DNA from: Cognatiyoonia sp. | GTDB taxonomy: Bacteria > Pseudomonadota > Alphaproteobacteria > Rhodobacterales > Rhodobacteraceae | Length of the DNA: 64,000 nucleotides | Direction of reading: 5' to 3' | Assembly (NCBI GenBank): GCA_042093895.1 | Contig: JBELEI010000002.1 | Coordinates: forward strand, 321,022 to 385,021 | In this document: positions 20,600-30,304 of the stretch, piece by piece | Layout: each line of letters begins with the position of its first letter | Position numbering within the stretch: the first letter of the stretch is position 1 | Notes under the pieces: model-generated | Databases searched by the model: none | What the model saw: the letters and a program-made list of their open reading frames with translations, nothing else | What the model was told of the DNA's origin: nothing | Made by a program: the position numbers and the translations under genes

Positions 20600-22027
20600 A
20601 TGACCGAGATCAAATTACAAAACACCAAGACCCGTCGCAAAGAGGTCTTTGAGCCGATCGACCCACAGAACGTCCGCATGTATTTGTGTGGGCCAACGGT
20701 CTATGATCGCGCGCATCTTGGGAACGCACGCAATGTCTTGATGTTCGACGTGTTGTTTCGTCTGTTCCGTCATATCTACGGCGCCGATCAGGTAACCTAT
20801 GTGCGCAATTTCACGGATGTGGATGACAAGATTAATACCCGTGCCGCCGAAACTGGTCGGTCGATCCGTGACATTACCGATGAGACCATCACTTGGTATC
20901 ACGCTGACATGGATGCACTGGGCGCATTGCGTCCGAACCATGAACCGCGCGCAACGGAATACATCGAACAAATGGTCGAAATGACGGCTGATCTGATCGC
21001 CAAAGGCCACGCTTATGAAGCCGAGGGTCATGTCCTATTCGCCGTGTCCAGTGATCCCGAGTACGGCTCGCTGTCTGGTCGCTCGGTCGATGATATGATT
21101 GCGGGCGCACGTGTCGAAGTGGCCCCTTATAAGCGTGATCCAATGGATTTCGTTTTGTGGAAGCCGTCTGATGCCGAGACCCCCGGCTGGGACAGCCCGT
21201 GGGGACGAGGGCGTCCGGGCTGGCATATTGAATGTTCTGCAATGTCCAAGGAACTGCTCGGTACGACGTTTGACATCCATGGCGGTGGCAACGACTTGCA
21301 ATTCCCGCACCACGAAAATGAGATCGCGCAATCGCGTTGCGCGCATCCAGAGGCCGAGTTTGCACGCGTTTGGTTGCACAATGATATGTTGCAGGTCGAA
21401 GGTAAAAAGATGTCCAAAAGCTTGGGCAACTTCTTCACTGTGCGCGACTTATTGGAGCAAGGCGTTCCAGGTGAAGTGATCCGATTTGTGTTCCTGTCGA
21501 CGCATTATGGCAAACCAATGGACTGGACCGAAAAGAAGCGCGGCGATGCGGATGCAACATTGCGCAAATGGTTTGGTATTTTGCAAACCCACGGCTTTGG
21601 CCCAGATTTGATTGCTGCGCTTAAGGCGGATGGCAAATGGGAAGCGGACGCCGAATTCATCGGTGTGCTCGCCAATGATCTGAACACATCCGGCGCAATT
21701 GCCCGACTGCATGTTTTGGCCAAGGGCAAAACACCTGCCGCATTGGCACCATTTGCGCATGGTTTGGAGACGCTTGGACTGATCGGTGATTGGTCCGCGC
21801 TGCCGTTGACCGAAGATGCCACAGGCGCAGATGTCTCTGACGACATTGCCCAAAAGGTTGACGCACTTCTTGCCGCGCGATCCGCAGCCCGCGCCGCCAA
21901 AGACTGGGGCGAGGCGGACCGCGTGCGCGAGGTTCTAAACGCCGCCGGCGTCCAGGTCACAGATGTGGGCGGGCAGGCGACTTGGGTCCCGGGCCCAGAT
22001 TTTGATCCTTCGAAACTGGAGGGCTAG
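20600..22027 (+). CDS. cysS: cysteine--tRNA ligase
   Basis: 475 aa with HLGNAR (HIGH-type) and KMSKS motifs and Zn-binding Cys residues. Confidence 0.95.
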   Translation: MTEIKLQNTKTRRKEVFEPIDPQNVRMYLCGPTVYDRAHLGNARNVLMFDVLFRLFRHIYGADQVTYVRNFTDVDDKINTRAAETGRSIRDITDETITWYHADMDALGALRPNHEPRATEYIEQMVEMTADLIAKGHAYEAEGHVLFAVSSDPEYGSLSGRSVDDMIAGARVEVAPYKRDPMDFVLWKPSDAETPGWDSPWGRGRPGWHIECSAMSKELLGTTFDIHGGGNDLQFPHHENEIAQSRCAHPEAEFARVWLHNDMLQVEGKKMSKSLGNFFTVRDLLEQGVPGEVIRFVFLSTHYGKPMDWTEKKRGDADATLRKWFGILQTHGFGPDLIAALKADGKWEADAEFIGVLANDLNTSGAIARLHVLAKGKTPAALAPFAHGLETLGLIGDWSALPLTEDATGADVSDDIAQKVDALLAARSAARAAKDWGEADRVREVLNAAGVQVTDVGGQATWVPGPDFDPSKLEG

Positions 22028-22028
22028 C

Positions 22029-23648
22029 ATGACCAAAGAAAGGCTATACCTCTTTGACACGACGCTGCGCGACGGACAGCAAACCCAAGGCGTGCAGTTT
22101 TCGACCGACGAAAAGGTTCAGATCGCCCAGATGTTGGACACCCTCGGTGTTGATTACATTGAGGGCGGCTGGCCCGGAGCAAACCCGACGGACAGCGAGT
22201 TCTTCAATGCTGATCTCAAAACCCGTGCGACGATGACCGCCTTTGGCATGACCAAACGCGCAGGTAGGTCAGCCGAAAACGACGATGTGCTCGCCGCCGT
22301 TATGAATGCAAATACACCGGCCGTCTGCCTGGTTGGAAAATCATCTGCTTTTCATGTCACCGATGCGCTCGGAATCACCTTGGCTGAAAACACCGAGAAC
22401 CTATCTGCGTCTTTCGCCCATTTGGTCGCCAACAAACGTGAGGCCCTATTTGACGCCGAGCACTTCTTTGACGGGTACAAAGCTAACCCTCACTACGCGT
22501 TAGAGGCGCTGCATTCAGCCTATGCTGCAGGCTGCCGCTGGATTGTACTTTGCGATACCAACGGAGGAACGATGCCGCACGAAGTGACTGAAATTGTCAC
22601 AACTGTCATCGATAGCGGCATCCCCGGCGACCACTTGGGCATTCACACACATAACGACACCGAGAACGCCGTGGCCAACACGCTGGCGGCAGTCCTTGCT
22701 GGCGCGCGCCAGATCCAAGGCACACTGAATGGACTTGGGGAACGCTGCGGCAATGCCAACCTAACAACGTTGATCCCGATCCTGAAACTCAAAGAACCTT
22801 TCGCCAGTCGGTTCGAAACTGGCGTGAGCGATGAAGCGCTTCAAGGGCTTTTGCCAGCATCGCGACTACTGGATGATATCCTAAACCGTGTGCCTGCCAA
22901 ACAGGCGGCCTTTGTCGGTGCATCAGCATTCGCGCATAAAGCGGGACTGCACGCGAGTGCTATTCTGAAGAACCCAACGACTTATGAACACGTCGATCCC
23001 GCCGTGATCGGTAATGAACGCATCGTGCCGATGTCCAACCAAGCGGGGCAATCGAACCTTCGTGAACGTTTGGCAAAAGCAGGCATCAGTGTTGAAAAGG
23101 GCGACCCTGCGCTGGCGCGCATCCTTGACCGGATCAAAGAGAAAGAGGCTCAAGGCTATTCCTACGACACGGCCCAAGCGTCGTTTGAATTGCTCGCGCG
23201 CGAAGAGTTAGGTCTTTTGCCGTCGTTTTTTGAGGTCAAACGCTATCGCGTCACAGTCGAGCGTCGCAAAAACAAACATAACGAGATGGTGTCTCTGTCA
23301 GAGGCTGTCGTCGCCGTCAAAATGGCCGGTGAGCGGATGCTGAATGTGAGCGATAGTCTCGGCGAAGACGGCACGGATCAGGGGCCCGTGAACGCTTTGG
23401 GACGTGCACTCAGTAAGGATCTCGGGAAGTATCAAAACTACATCGATGACCTTAAACTGGTCGACTACAAGGTGCGCATAACCAATGGCGGAATAGAGGC
23501 CGTCACGCGTGTCATCATCGACAGCGAAGATGGAAAAGGCCATCATTGGTCGACTGTAGGCGTCAGCGCCAACATCGTTGATGCGTCCTTTGAGGCACTT
23601 GTTGATGCGATTAATTGGAAGCTGATCCGCGACGGGGCGAAAGCTTAA
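22029..23648 (+). CDS. cimA: citramalate synthase (LeuA/CimA family)
   Basis: MTKERLYLFDTTLRDGQQTQGV...; about 540 aa with a C-terminal LeuA-dimer-like regulatory domain. The ATG lies 1 nt after the cysS stop. Confidence 0.82.
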   Translation: MTKERLYLFDTTLRDGQQTQGVQFSTDEKVQIAQMLDTLGVDYIEGGWPGANPTDSEFFNADLKTRATMTAFGMTKRAGRSAENDDVLAAVMNANTPAVCLVGKSSAFHVTDALGITLAENTENLSASFAHLVANKREALFDAEHFFDGYKANPHYALEALHSAYAAGCRWIVLCDTNGGTMPHEVTEIVTTVIDSGIPGDHLGIHTHNDTENAVANTLAAVLAGARQIQGTLNGLGERCGNANLTTLIPILKLKEPFASRFETGVSDEALQGLLPASRLLDDILNRVPAKQAAFVGASAFAHKAGLHASAILKNPTTYEHVDPAVIGNERIVPMSNQAGQSNLRERLAKAGISVEKGDPALARILDRIKEKEAQGYSYDTAQASFELLAREELGLLPSFFEVKRYRVTVERRKNKHNEMVSLSEAVVAVKMAGERMLNVSDSLGEDGTDQGPVNALGRALSKDLGKYQNYIDDLKLVDYKVRITNGGIEAVTRVIIDSEDGKGHHWSTVGVSANIVDASFEALVDAINWKLIRDGAKA

Positions 23649-24416
23649 ATGAGCTTTGAGGCCTGCGCCGCATTGGTCGAACGCAGCGACCCTGACCGGT
23701 TTCGCGCGACGATGGCCGCACCGATTTCCGCGCGGCGCATTTTGTTTCCGCTCTATGCCTTCAATGTCGAAGTCACACGCGCGCCTTGGGTCACGCAAGA
23801 AGCGATGATCGCCGAAATGCGCTTGCAGTGGTGGCGTGATGCGCTTGAGGAAATCGGGCAGCGCCGCACCGTACGCAAACACGAGGTCGTCGATGAGCTG
23901 GCGGGTGTTATGGATGTCGAAGCTGTTCAAAACCTCGATGGTCTTGTCGCGTCGCGGCGTTGGGACGTTTACAAAGATGCCTTCGAAAATACAGAGCATT
24001 TTGAAGACTACATTTCGTCCACATCAGGAAACCTTATGTGGACCGCGGCCCGGCTTTTGGGCGTAGCAGACGAAATCGCCGTTCGGGATTTCGCATATGC
24101 GGCAGGTGTCGCCGCTCTATTTCGCGCGATCCCAACGCTCGAAGAAGCTGGTCGCAAACCGCTATTGGATGGCACGGCGCAAGGCGTAAGAGACGTGGCG
24201 CAGGGTGCATTAAACCGTTGGAAACGTGCAAAATCGCAGAAACATGCGATCTCGAAAGCAGCAGCGCCCGCGCTGTGGTCTGGGTTCCGTGCTCGACCAG
24301 TTCTCGAGGCTGTTATCCGAAACCCAGGCCTCGTTGCGCACGACGGTTTGCATTTTGGACCGGCGCGCGAAAGCTTGCGATTTGCGAATGTGTCTTTGCT
24401 TGGGTGGTGGCGCTAA
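23649..24416 (+). CDS. squalene/phytoene synthase family protein (NDUFAF6-like)
   Basis: 255 aa with an isoprenoid-synthase-fold-like sequence (LFPLYAFNVEVTRAP...MRLQWWRDAL). It starts immediately after the cimA stop. Confidence 0.78.
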   Translation: MSFEACAALVERSDPDRFRATMAAPISARRILFPLYAFNVEVTRAPWVTQEAMIAEMRLQWWRDALEEIGQRRTVRKHEVVDELAGVMDVEAVQNLDGLVASRRWDVYKDAFENTEHFEDYISSTSGNLMWTAARLLGVADEIAVRDFAYAAGVAALFRAIPTLEEAGRKPLLDGTAQGVRDVAQGALNRWKRAKSQKHAISKAAAPALWSGFRARPVLEAVIRNPGLVAHDGLHFGPARESLRFANVSLLGWWR

Positions 24417-24497
24417 GCATCGTGCTTTGCCTAAACCTACTGTAAATTAAGTGCAGACGCCTCTTGAAGTTAAGAAGTAGGTAAGGGCGCGAACCCG

Positions 24498-24515
24498 GGT
24501 AACCCACGGGTTACC
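24498..24515. terminator. hairpin between convergent genes (possible bidirectional terminator)
   Basis: GGTAACC-CACG-GGTTACC, followed by a T-rich TTAGATTTATT tract on the + strand. Confidence 0.35.
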
Positions 24516-24521
24516 TTAGAT

Positions 24522-25064
24522 TTATTCCAGGATGTCCGCTGTTTGGCACACATTTGCAAACTCGCCATGTAGATGTGCCAATGCAGTTCGGTGAATCTCA
24601 GCAGCACTCAAAGCTGGACCGCCATCAAAACTGGTATCAGCATTCGATGTGAATGCTGCGCATGCGTCCGCAGCCAAGGTGACCATATACCCGAGGTTCG
24701 CCGCCATGCGTGTTGTGGTAGAAACACAATGCGGTGTGGTGAGGCCACAAATCGTGATTTCTTTTGCCCCAAGATTTCGCAGCTGGTTTTCTAGGTCGGT
24801 TCCGATGAACGCCGAGTTAACCGCCTTTTCAATGATCGCTTCGCCTGCCTGTGGTGCGACCTGAAACTTAAATTCTATTCCTGCCCCTGAAAGTGGTGAC
24901 CCAGGCGTTGTGCTGATGTGCCTTACATGAATAATGGGCTTCCCAGTTGCCCGCCAGGCGGTCAATAAGTCAGCTGCACGTTCCTCTGCCTTTGGGTTAT
25001 TGCGTTCGCCCCAATAGGGATCATCAAACCCAACCTGAATATCGATGAGCACGAGCACGTTCAT
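24522..25064 (-). CDS. cysteine hydrolase (isochorismatase family)
   Basis: 180 aa, MNVLVLIDIQVGF...ITICGLTTPHCVSTT. Confidence 0.85.
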   Translation of the reverse strand: MNVLVLIDIQVGFDDPYWGERNNPKAEERAADLLTAWRATGKPIIHVRHISTTPGSPLSGAGIEFKFQVAPQAGEAIIEKAVNSAFIGTDLENQLRNLGAKEITICGLTTPHCVSTTTRMAANLGYMVTLAADACAAFTSNADTSFDGGPALSAAEIHRTALAHLHGEFANVCQTADILE

Positions 25065-25067
25065 TGT

Positions 25068-26285
25068 TTATATCGCCTTGCGTCGGTTCAACGCCAGCCA
25101 AACCAGTGACCACGCGGCTAGAATAAGGAAGGGTGTCATTGCATAGTTGACCGCGTTCCAGCCCTCAACAGGGTTACCACCCGAACAGTTCATTAGACCT
25201 CCCGACGACAATGATGCGATTGTCACCATCCCAAAGACGATCATGTCGTTCATACCTTGGGCGGCGCCGCGTTCATTTGGCGAATGGGCTGACGACAGCA
25301 TTGTTGTGGCTCCGATAAAGCCAAAATTCCAACCAAGCCCCAAGAGGATCAGTGCTATGTAGAAATTGGCAAGCGCGACGCCGGACAAAGCGACGAGGCC
25401 AGCGGCGGTGAGGATCACAAGGCCTGCCGCAATAATTTTTTCAACGCCAAATCGAGCAATCAAATGGCCAGTAAAGAATGACGGAGCGAACATTGCCAGT
25501 ACGTGGCCCGATACAATGTCATTGGCGTTCCCAGTCGTAAAACCACAGCCAACAACCGCCAAGGGCGTTGATGTCATTACGAGATTCATCAGCGAATAGC
25601 TCACCATGCCACAGATGATTGCCACGACGATCTTTGGCTCGCGCAACAGTTCGAGTCGGCTGCGTCCAGGCGTAGACGCGGTCTTTTCGGACTTGAGGGC
25701 AGCCTGCTTGGGCAAATCGAGAAAAGCAAAGAGGAACATGCCAACAAGATTCAAAACGATGACAGCGATGTAGGACCCCAGGAAGGGAACGACATAGGCA
25801 TCCTGCACGAGTTTGTTGAGCTGTGGCCCAATGATCGCGGACATCAAGCCGCCGGCCATGACATAGGAAATCGCCTTAGGACGGAAGCCTTCGGAGGCCC
25901 GGTCAATTGCTGCAAACCGGTAGAACCCTTGAGCTGACATATAGATGCCGGTGAAATAGGACCCGAGTAGTAAGAGACCAAACGACCCGACATAAAGACC
26001 ATAGCCCGCGATTGCTGCACCGATCGCCCCGCCAATCGCGCCGATGTAAAATCCTAACTGACGTCCGTGTTTCTGCATCAATGGTGAGATCCAAGGTGCT
26101 GTGGTCATTGATCCAAACACGATCATTGAAATCGGCAATGTCGCGAAACAGATGTTGGAGGCAAGCATCCCGCCGGCCAATCCACCGATCACGAACATCA
26201 TTGGCATTTGCGATCCCAAGATTGCTTGCGCCACGACAAGGATCATCACATTGCGACGTGCTTTTTGGTCATCAATCATAGTCAT
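25068..26285 (-). CDS. MFS transporter
   Basis: 405 aa, about 12 predicted TM segments, MFS-like loops. Confidence 0.85.
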   Translation of the reverse strand: MTMIDDQKARRNVMILVVAQAILGSQMPMMFVIGGLAGGMLASNICFATLPISMIVFGSMTTAPWISPLMQKHGRQLGFYIGAIGGAIGAAIAGYGLYVGSFGLLLLGSYFTGIYMSAQGFYRFAAIDRASEGFRPKAISYVMAGGLMSAIIGPQLNKLVQDAYVVPFLGSYIAVIVLNLVGMFLFAFLDLPKQAALKSEKTASTPGRSRLELLREPKIVVAIICGMVSYSLMNLVMTSTPLAVVGCGFTTGNANDIVSGHVLAMFAPSFFTGHLIARFGVEKIIAAGLVILTAAGLVALSGVALANFYIALILLGLGWNFGFIGATTMLSSAHSPNERGAAQGMNDMIVFGMVTIASLSSGGLMNCSGGNPVEGWNAVNYAMTPFLILAAWSLVWLALNRRKAI

Positions 26286-26327
26286 ATGCCATCGGTAGAC
26301 TTCTGAATTGGTGGTGTCTATCGGTGA

Positions 26328-27590
26328 TTAAGCGCGATCGATCACATGTGCAAAGCTACCTGAAACATTGGCTTTGATGAGACCCATGTTAGGAAGCGTA
26401 TTGCCTTCTGCATCCGCGGCGGAAAAGAGGGGGTCGCCCTCGGATTTTTGCGTCGTAGCATAGTGGAATTCGTGCCCAAGCCAGTTGCCGGACAAAACGC
26501 CGGATCGTCCGATTAAACTGCGGTAACCCAAATGCAATTTGCGTTGCGCAAACGATGTTTCTAACCCGAGTAATCCGGCCATCTGATGCCGAGTTCCCTC
26601 CCCATCGATAAGTCCATCGCCGAGCACCATATAGCCGCCACACTCGCCGTAGACGGATCGTGTTTCGGCGTGCGCGCGCAGGCTGTTCAGAAAGCGGTCG
26701 TTGCCCGCAATCTGACCGGCATAAAGCTCTGGGTAACCGCCCGGCAAAAAAACATAATCACAGTCTGGAACCGGCTCGTTGGAGAGGGTTGAAAAAAGCG
26801 TGACCTCAGCGCCCGCTGCCTTCCAGTCTTGTAAAATGTGGGGATAGGCAAATGCGAAAGCTTTGTCGTTTGCAACGGCGATGCGTTGGGCTGGTGGGGC
26901 AATGCGGGGTGTGTTTGGCGCAGCTGCAACGGGGCGCAGTAGATCGATGATAGCATCTAGATCGATGGCGGTTTCAATTTGGGCCGCGACGCCATCAAGG
27001 AAAGCCTCTAGGTCGCCATGCTCGCCCGCTTGAACCAATCCAAGATGTCGTGACGGGCGCGTTATTTTGGTCTGCCGCATCAGGGTGCCCAAAATCGGAA
27101 GGCCAAGTGGTTCTAGCGCCGCGATCAACATACGCGCATGTCGATCTGATCCAACCTTGTTCAAAATTACGCCCGCAAGTTTGACCTGTGGATCATGATG
27201 TAGGAACCCAGAAATTAAAGGCGCCACTGATTGGGCCATGCTTGCGGCGTCGACAACCAAGACGACTGGCATTTGTAACTGTCGAGCCAAGTCCGCGCAG
27301 GCGCCTTTGCCTTTGGGGGGTGCGCCGTCAAATAGACCCATTGCGCCTTCGATGATCAGAGGTGTTGTGCCAGTGGCCAATCCCGCAATGCGTTCGGGCG
27401 GCATCGCCCAGGCATCTAGGTTGAAACACTCTGTTCCGCAGGCCGCAGCATGAAAACGCGGATCGATATAATCGGGGCCGGACTTGGCTCCACGTACTGC
27501 GATGCCGCGATTTGTGAGGGCGCGTAACAGGCCAAGGGTAATGGTGGTTTTTCCGCTGCCCGAGCTTGGGGCGGCTATGAGAAAGCTCAT
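26328..27590 (-). CDS. cobB: cobyrinate/hydrogenobyrinate a,c-diamide synthase
   Basis: 420 aa with a P-loop (APSSGSGKTT) and a C-terminal glutamine amidotransferase-like domain (ECGGYMVLG). Confidence 0.9.
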   Translation of the reverse strand: MSFLIAAPSSGSGKTTITLGLLRALTNRGIAVRGAKSGPDYIDPRFHAAACGTECFNLDAWAMPPERIAGLATGTTPLIIEGAMGLFDGAPPKGKGACADLARQLQMPVVLVVDAASMAQSVAPLISGFLHHDPQVKLAGVILNKVGSDRHARMLIAALEPLGLPILGTLMRQTKITRPSRHLGLVQAGEHGDLEAFLDGVAAQIETAIDLDAIIDLLRPVAAAPNTPRIAPPAQRIAVANDKAFAFAYPHILQDWKAAGAEVTLFSTLSNEPVPDCDYVFLPGGYPELYAGQIAGNDRFLNSLRAHAETRSVYGECGGYMVLGDGLIDGEGTRHQMAGLLGLETSFAQRKLHLGYRSLIGRSGVLSGNWLGHEFHYATTQKSEGDPLFSAADAEGNTLPNMGLIKANVSGSFAHVIDRA

Positions 27591-28438
27591 GCGCTTTCGG
27601 CGGGGCGGCCTCGACCCAGTGGATCTAGGTTGCGCGGCTGTTCGCCAGCGGCCAAGGCTTGCCAGTCAAGCACCTGACGCATTAACACAGATTGCCCGAC
27701 GCAAATGATCGAGGGTGGCTCCATGCCGTGTGTTGCGATGTCTTCGACAGCTTGTCCCAAAGTCGTTTCCAGAACGCGTTGGTCATCAGTTGTAGCGCTG
27801 CTGACGATCGCGACGGGCTCATGCAGGCTGCGACCAGCTGCAACCAATTGTTCTGTGATATGGGCGATGTGTTTCATACCCATGTAGATCACAATGACCT
27901 GTGAGCCTTTGGAAATACTCGGCCAGTCAAGCGATCCCGTAGCATTGCCCGATTGATCGTGACCTGTGACGAAAGTGACGGATTGGTTCACATCGCGGTG
28001 CGTGACAGGAATTCCCGCATAAGCCAGCCCGCCGATCCCAGCGGAGACGCCGGGGATGATACGTATCTGAATCCCGTGCTGAACGAGGGTTTGTGCTTCT
28101 TCGCCGCCGCGACCGAAAACGAAGGGGTCCCCGCCTTTTAGGCGCAGAACGCGTTTGCCTTCACGTGCGAGGTCAACAAGGCGCAAAGAAATGTCGCGTT
28201 GTTTGGCACTAGGTTTGCCGCCGCGCTTGCCCGCATAGATATGTTCGGCCTGCGGGGCCCAAACCAGAATGTCCTGTTGAACCAGTGCATCGTAGATCAC
28301 AACGTCTGCCTGACGCAGCGCATTGAGCGCGTGCAGCGTCAGCAGCCCCGGATCACCCGGACCTGCACCACACAGCCACACCCAGCCTGGTTCCAAAACC
28401 GGCCAATTGTGATCAGGAAGAAGAGACTCTTTTACCAT
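27587..28438 (-). CDS. cobA: uroporphyrinogen-III C-methyltransferase
   Basis: VWLCGAGPGDPGLLTLHA...LKGGDPFVFGRGGEE. The ATG at 28438 is preferred over the long ORF start at 28606. There is a 4-nt overlap with cobB. Confidence 0.9.
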   Translation of the reverse strand: MVKESLLPDHNWPVLEPGWVWLCGAGPGDPGLLTLHALNALRQADVVIYDALVQQDILVWAPQAEHIYAGKRGGKPSAKQRDISLRLVDLAREGKRVLRLKGGDPFVFGRGGEEAQTLVQHGIQIRIIPGVSAGIGGLAYAGIPVTHRDVNQSVTFVTGHDQSGNATGSLDWPSISKGSQVIVIYMGMKHIAHITEQLVAAGRSLHEPVAIVSSATTDDQRVLETTLGQAVEDIATHGMEPPSIICVGQSVLMRQVLDWQALAAGEQPRNLDPLGRGRPAESA

Positions 28439-28535
28439 GAGACAATAATGCCTTGACGCGACGCAGAAGGAAAGATCGCAAACGACACGCGATTTCGCAT
28501 TGGCGGCATCGCTGTCCGTTTCTATAGTCGCCCGG

Positions 28536-29582
28536 ATGACAAAGACGAACACATCAGATTTGCGGCGCGGTTGGACCACGGGCGCCTGTGCGACCGCCGC
28601 AACCAAAGCCGCATTGCGTCGGCTGTGGGGTGGGGCCTTTGCGTCTGATGTACAGATAACGTTGCCCCGTGGTGAAACACCGGTGTTTCCCTTGGCATGG
28701 ACCGATAGTGGTCATGGCTGGGCCGAGGTTGGCATAACTAAGGATGCAGGTGATGATCCGGATGTGACACACGGCGCGCTGATCATTGCGCGTGTGCGTG
28801 TGGCAGGCACGGGTGTGACGTTCAAAGCGGGCGAGGGCGTCGGACAAGTGACCAAGGCGGGATTGCCGATCCCAGTGGGGGAGCCATCAATCAACCCTGT
28901 ACCACGACAAATGATGGAGGGTGTGGTCGCAGAGGTTGCTGCAGAGTACGGGATGCCCGCAAATGTAGAGATTACTGTGTCCATTCCAAATGGCGAGGAG
29001 ATCGCCAAAAAGACGTGGAACCCGCGTTTGGGCATTGAGGGTGGTTTGTCGATTTTGGGCACGACTGGGATTGTGCGCCCGTTTAGTTGTGCAGCGTGGA
29101 TCGCCTCGATCCATCGCGGTATTGATGTCGCGCGCGCGGATGGTTTGACGCATGTGTCGGGCTGTACTGGGGCCACGTCTGAAAAGGTTGTGCAGGACCT
29201 ATATGGACTACCGGATCACGCGATGTTGGATATGGGCGATTTTCTGGGTGGTATGTTGAAGTATATGGCCAAACACCCGGTTCAGCGCCTGACGATTGGT
29301 GGCGGTATTGGCAAGCTAACCAAACTGGCCCAAGGCGCAATAGATTTGCATTCCAGCCGGTCCCAGGTGGATTTTGCATCCCTTGCTGAATCGAGCGGCG
29401 TGCCTGGTGTTGCGGACGCAAATACCGCGCTGGAGGCTGTGACGCTAGCGCCCGAATTGCCGGAACTGATTAGCGCAATGGCGGTTAAGCAGGTGCGCGC
29501 GCGGTTTGGCGGTGCGATGCAAGAGTTGGACATTGTGGTTATTGATCGTGCGGGTGCGATTTTGGCGAGGGCAGCTGGATGA
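28536..29582 (+). CDS. cbiD: cobalt-precorrin-5B (C1)-methyltransferase
   Basis: LRRGWTTGACATAATKAAL is the CbiD N-terminal signature. The ATG at 28536 is preferred. Confidence 0.88.
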   Translation: MTKTNTSDLRRGWTTGACATAATKAALRRLWGGAFASDVQITLPRGETPVFPLAWTDSGHGWAEVGITKDAGDDPDVTHGALIIARVRVAGTGVTFKAGEGVGQVTKAGLPIPVGEPSINPVPRQMMEGVVAEVAAEYGMPANVEITVSIPNGEEIAKKTWNPRLGIEGGLSILGTTGIVRPFSCAAWIASIHRGIDVARADGLTHVSGCTGATSEKVVQDLYGLPDHAMLDMGDFLGGMLKYMAKHPVQRLTIGGGIGKLTKLAQGAIDLHSSRSQVDFASLAESSGVPGVADANTALEAVTLAPELPELISAMAVKQVRARFGGAMQELDIVVIDRAGAILARAAG

Positions 29583-30304
29583 CGCTATTGATGCTTGGGG
29601 GGACGGGTGACGCGCGCCATATTGCCACCCGACTGCATGATCTAAACGTTGATGTTATCGCGTCCTTTGCTGGGGCGACGCGTGCGCCCACGCAGGTGGA
29701 TGTGCCTGTGCGCGTTGGCGGATTTGGTGGGCGATCTGGGTTCGTCGATTATTTGGCGGAGGCGGGGATCACGGCAGTCTTGGATGCAACGCATCCCTTC
29801 GCAAATCGGATCACGGATCGAACGGCCTCTGTTTGTGCGGAACTTGGGATGCGACACGCGATTTTGGACCGTGCGCCCTGGAAACCCGTTGCGGGTGATC
29901 GGTGGATCGATATTGATTGCGAAGAAGACGCCGCTACCCATATCACCAAGGGTCAGACGGTGTTTTTGGGGACGGGCCGGCAAACTGTGGATCGCTATGC
30001 GAACCTTATGGGATGTCGCGTGATTTGCCGTCAGATTGATCCCCCAGATCGTCCGTTTCCCTTTCCGGGTGGTGAATTTTTGGTGGGGCGGCCGCCTTTC
30101 CCGGTTGCTGATGAGCGCGCGTTGTTCCAAAAGCTGGGCGTGGATTGGTTGGTGGTGAAACATGCGGGTGGGACGCAGAGCGAAACCAAACTAATCGCCG
30201 CGCGCGAGCTATCGATCCCGGTTCTAATGATCAAACGCCCACCGCTTCCGGATGCCACTTTAGTACACACAGTTGACGAAGCCGTCGCGTGGGTCATGCA
30301 ATGA
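29579..30304 (+). CDS. cobK: precorrin-6A/cobalt-precorrin-6A reductase
   Basis: 241 aa, MTLLMLGGTGDARHIA...ATHPFA. There is a 4-nt overlap with cbiD. Confidence 0.85.
   Translation: MTLLMLGGTGDARHIATRLHDLNVDVIASFAGATRAPTQVDVPVRVGGFGGRSGFVDYLAEAGITAVLDATHPFANRITDRTASVCAELGMRHAILDRAPWKPVAGDRWIDIDCEEDAATHITKGQTVFLGTGRQTVDRYANLMGCRVICRQIDPPDRPFPFPGGEFLVGRPPFPVADERALFQKLGVDWLVVKHAGGTQSETKLIAARELSIPVLMIKRPPLPDATLVHTVDEAVAWVMQ

Noticed and set aside
28439-28606. N-terminal extension of the cobA ORF (start at 28606). Analogous upstream extensions occur for ridA (to 38648), csp (687), anmK (12879), cimA (21963), pgi (36001), guaB (42504) and others.
   Set aside because: The extensions overlap neighbouring genes, promoters or the tRNA-Gly gene and lack homology-like sequence. 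Internal ATGs coincide with conserved N-termini and, where visible, with SD sequences.
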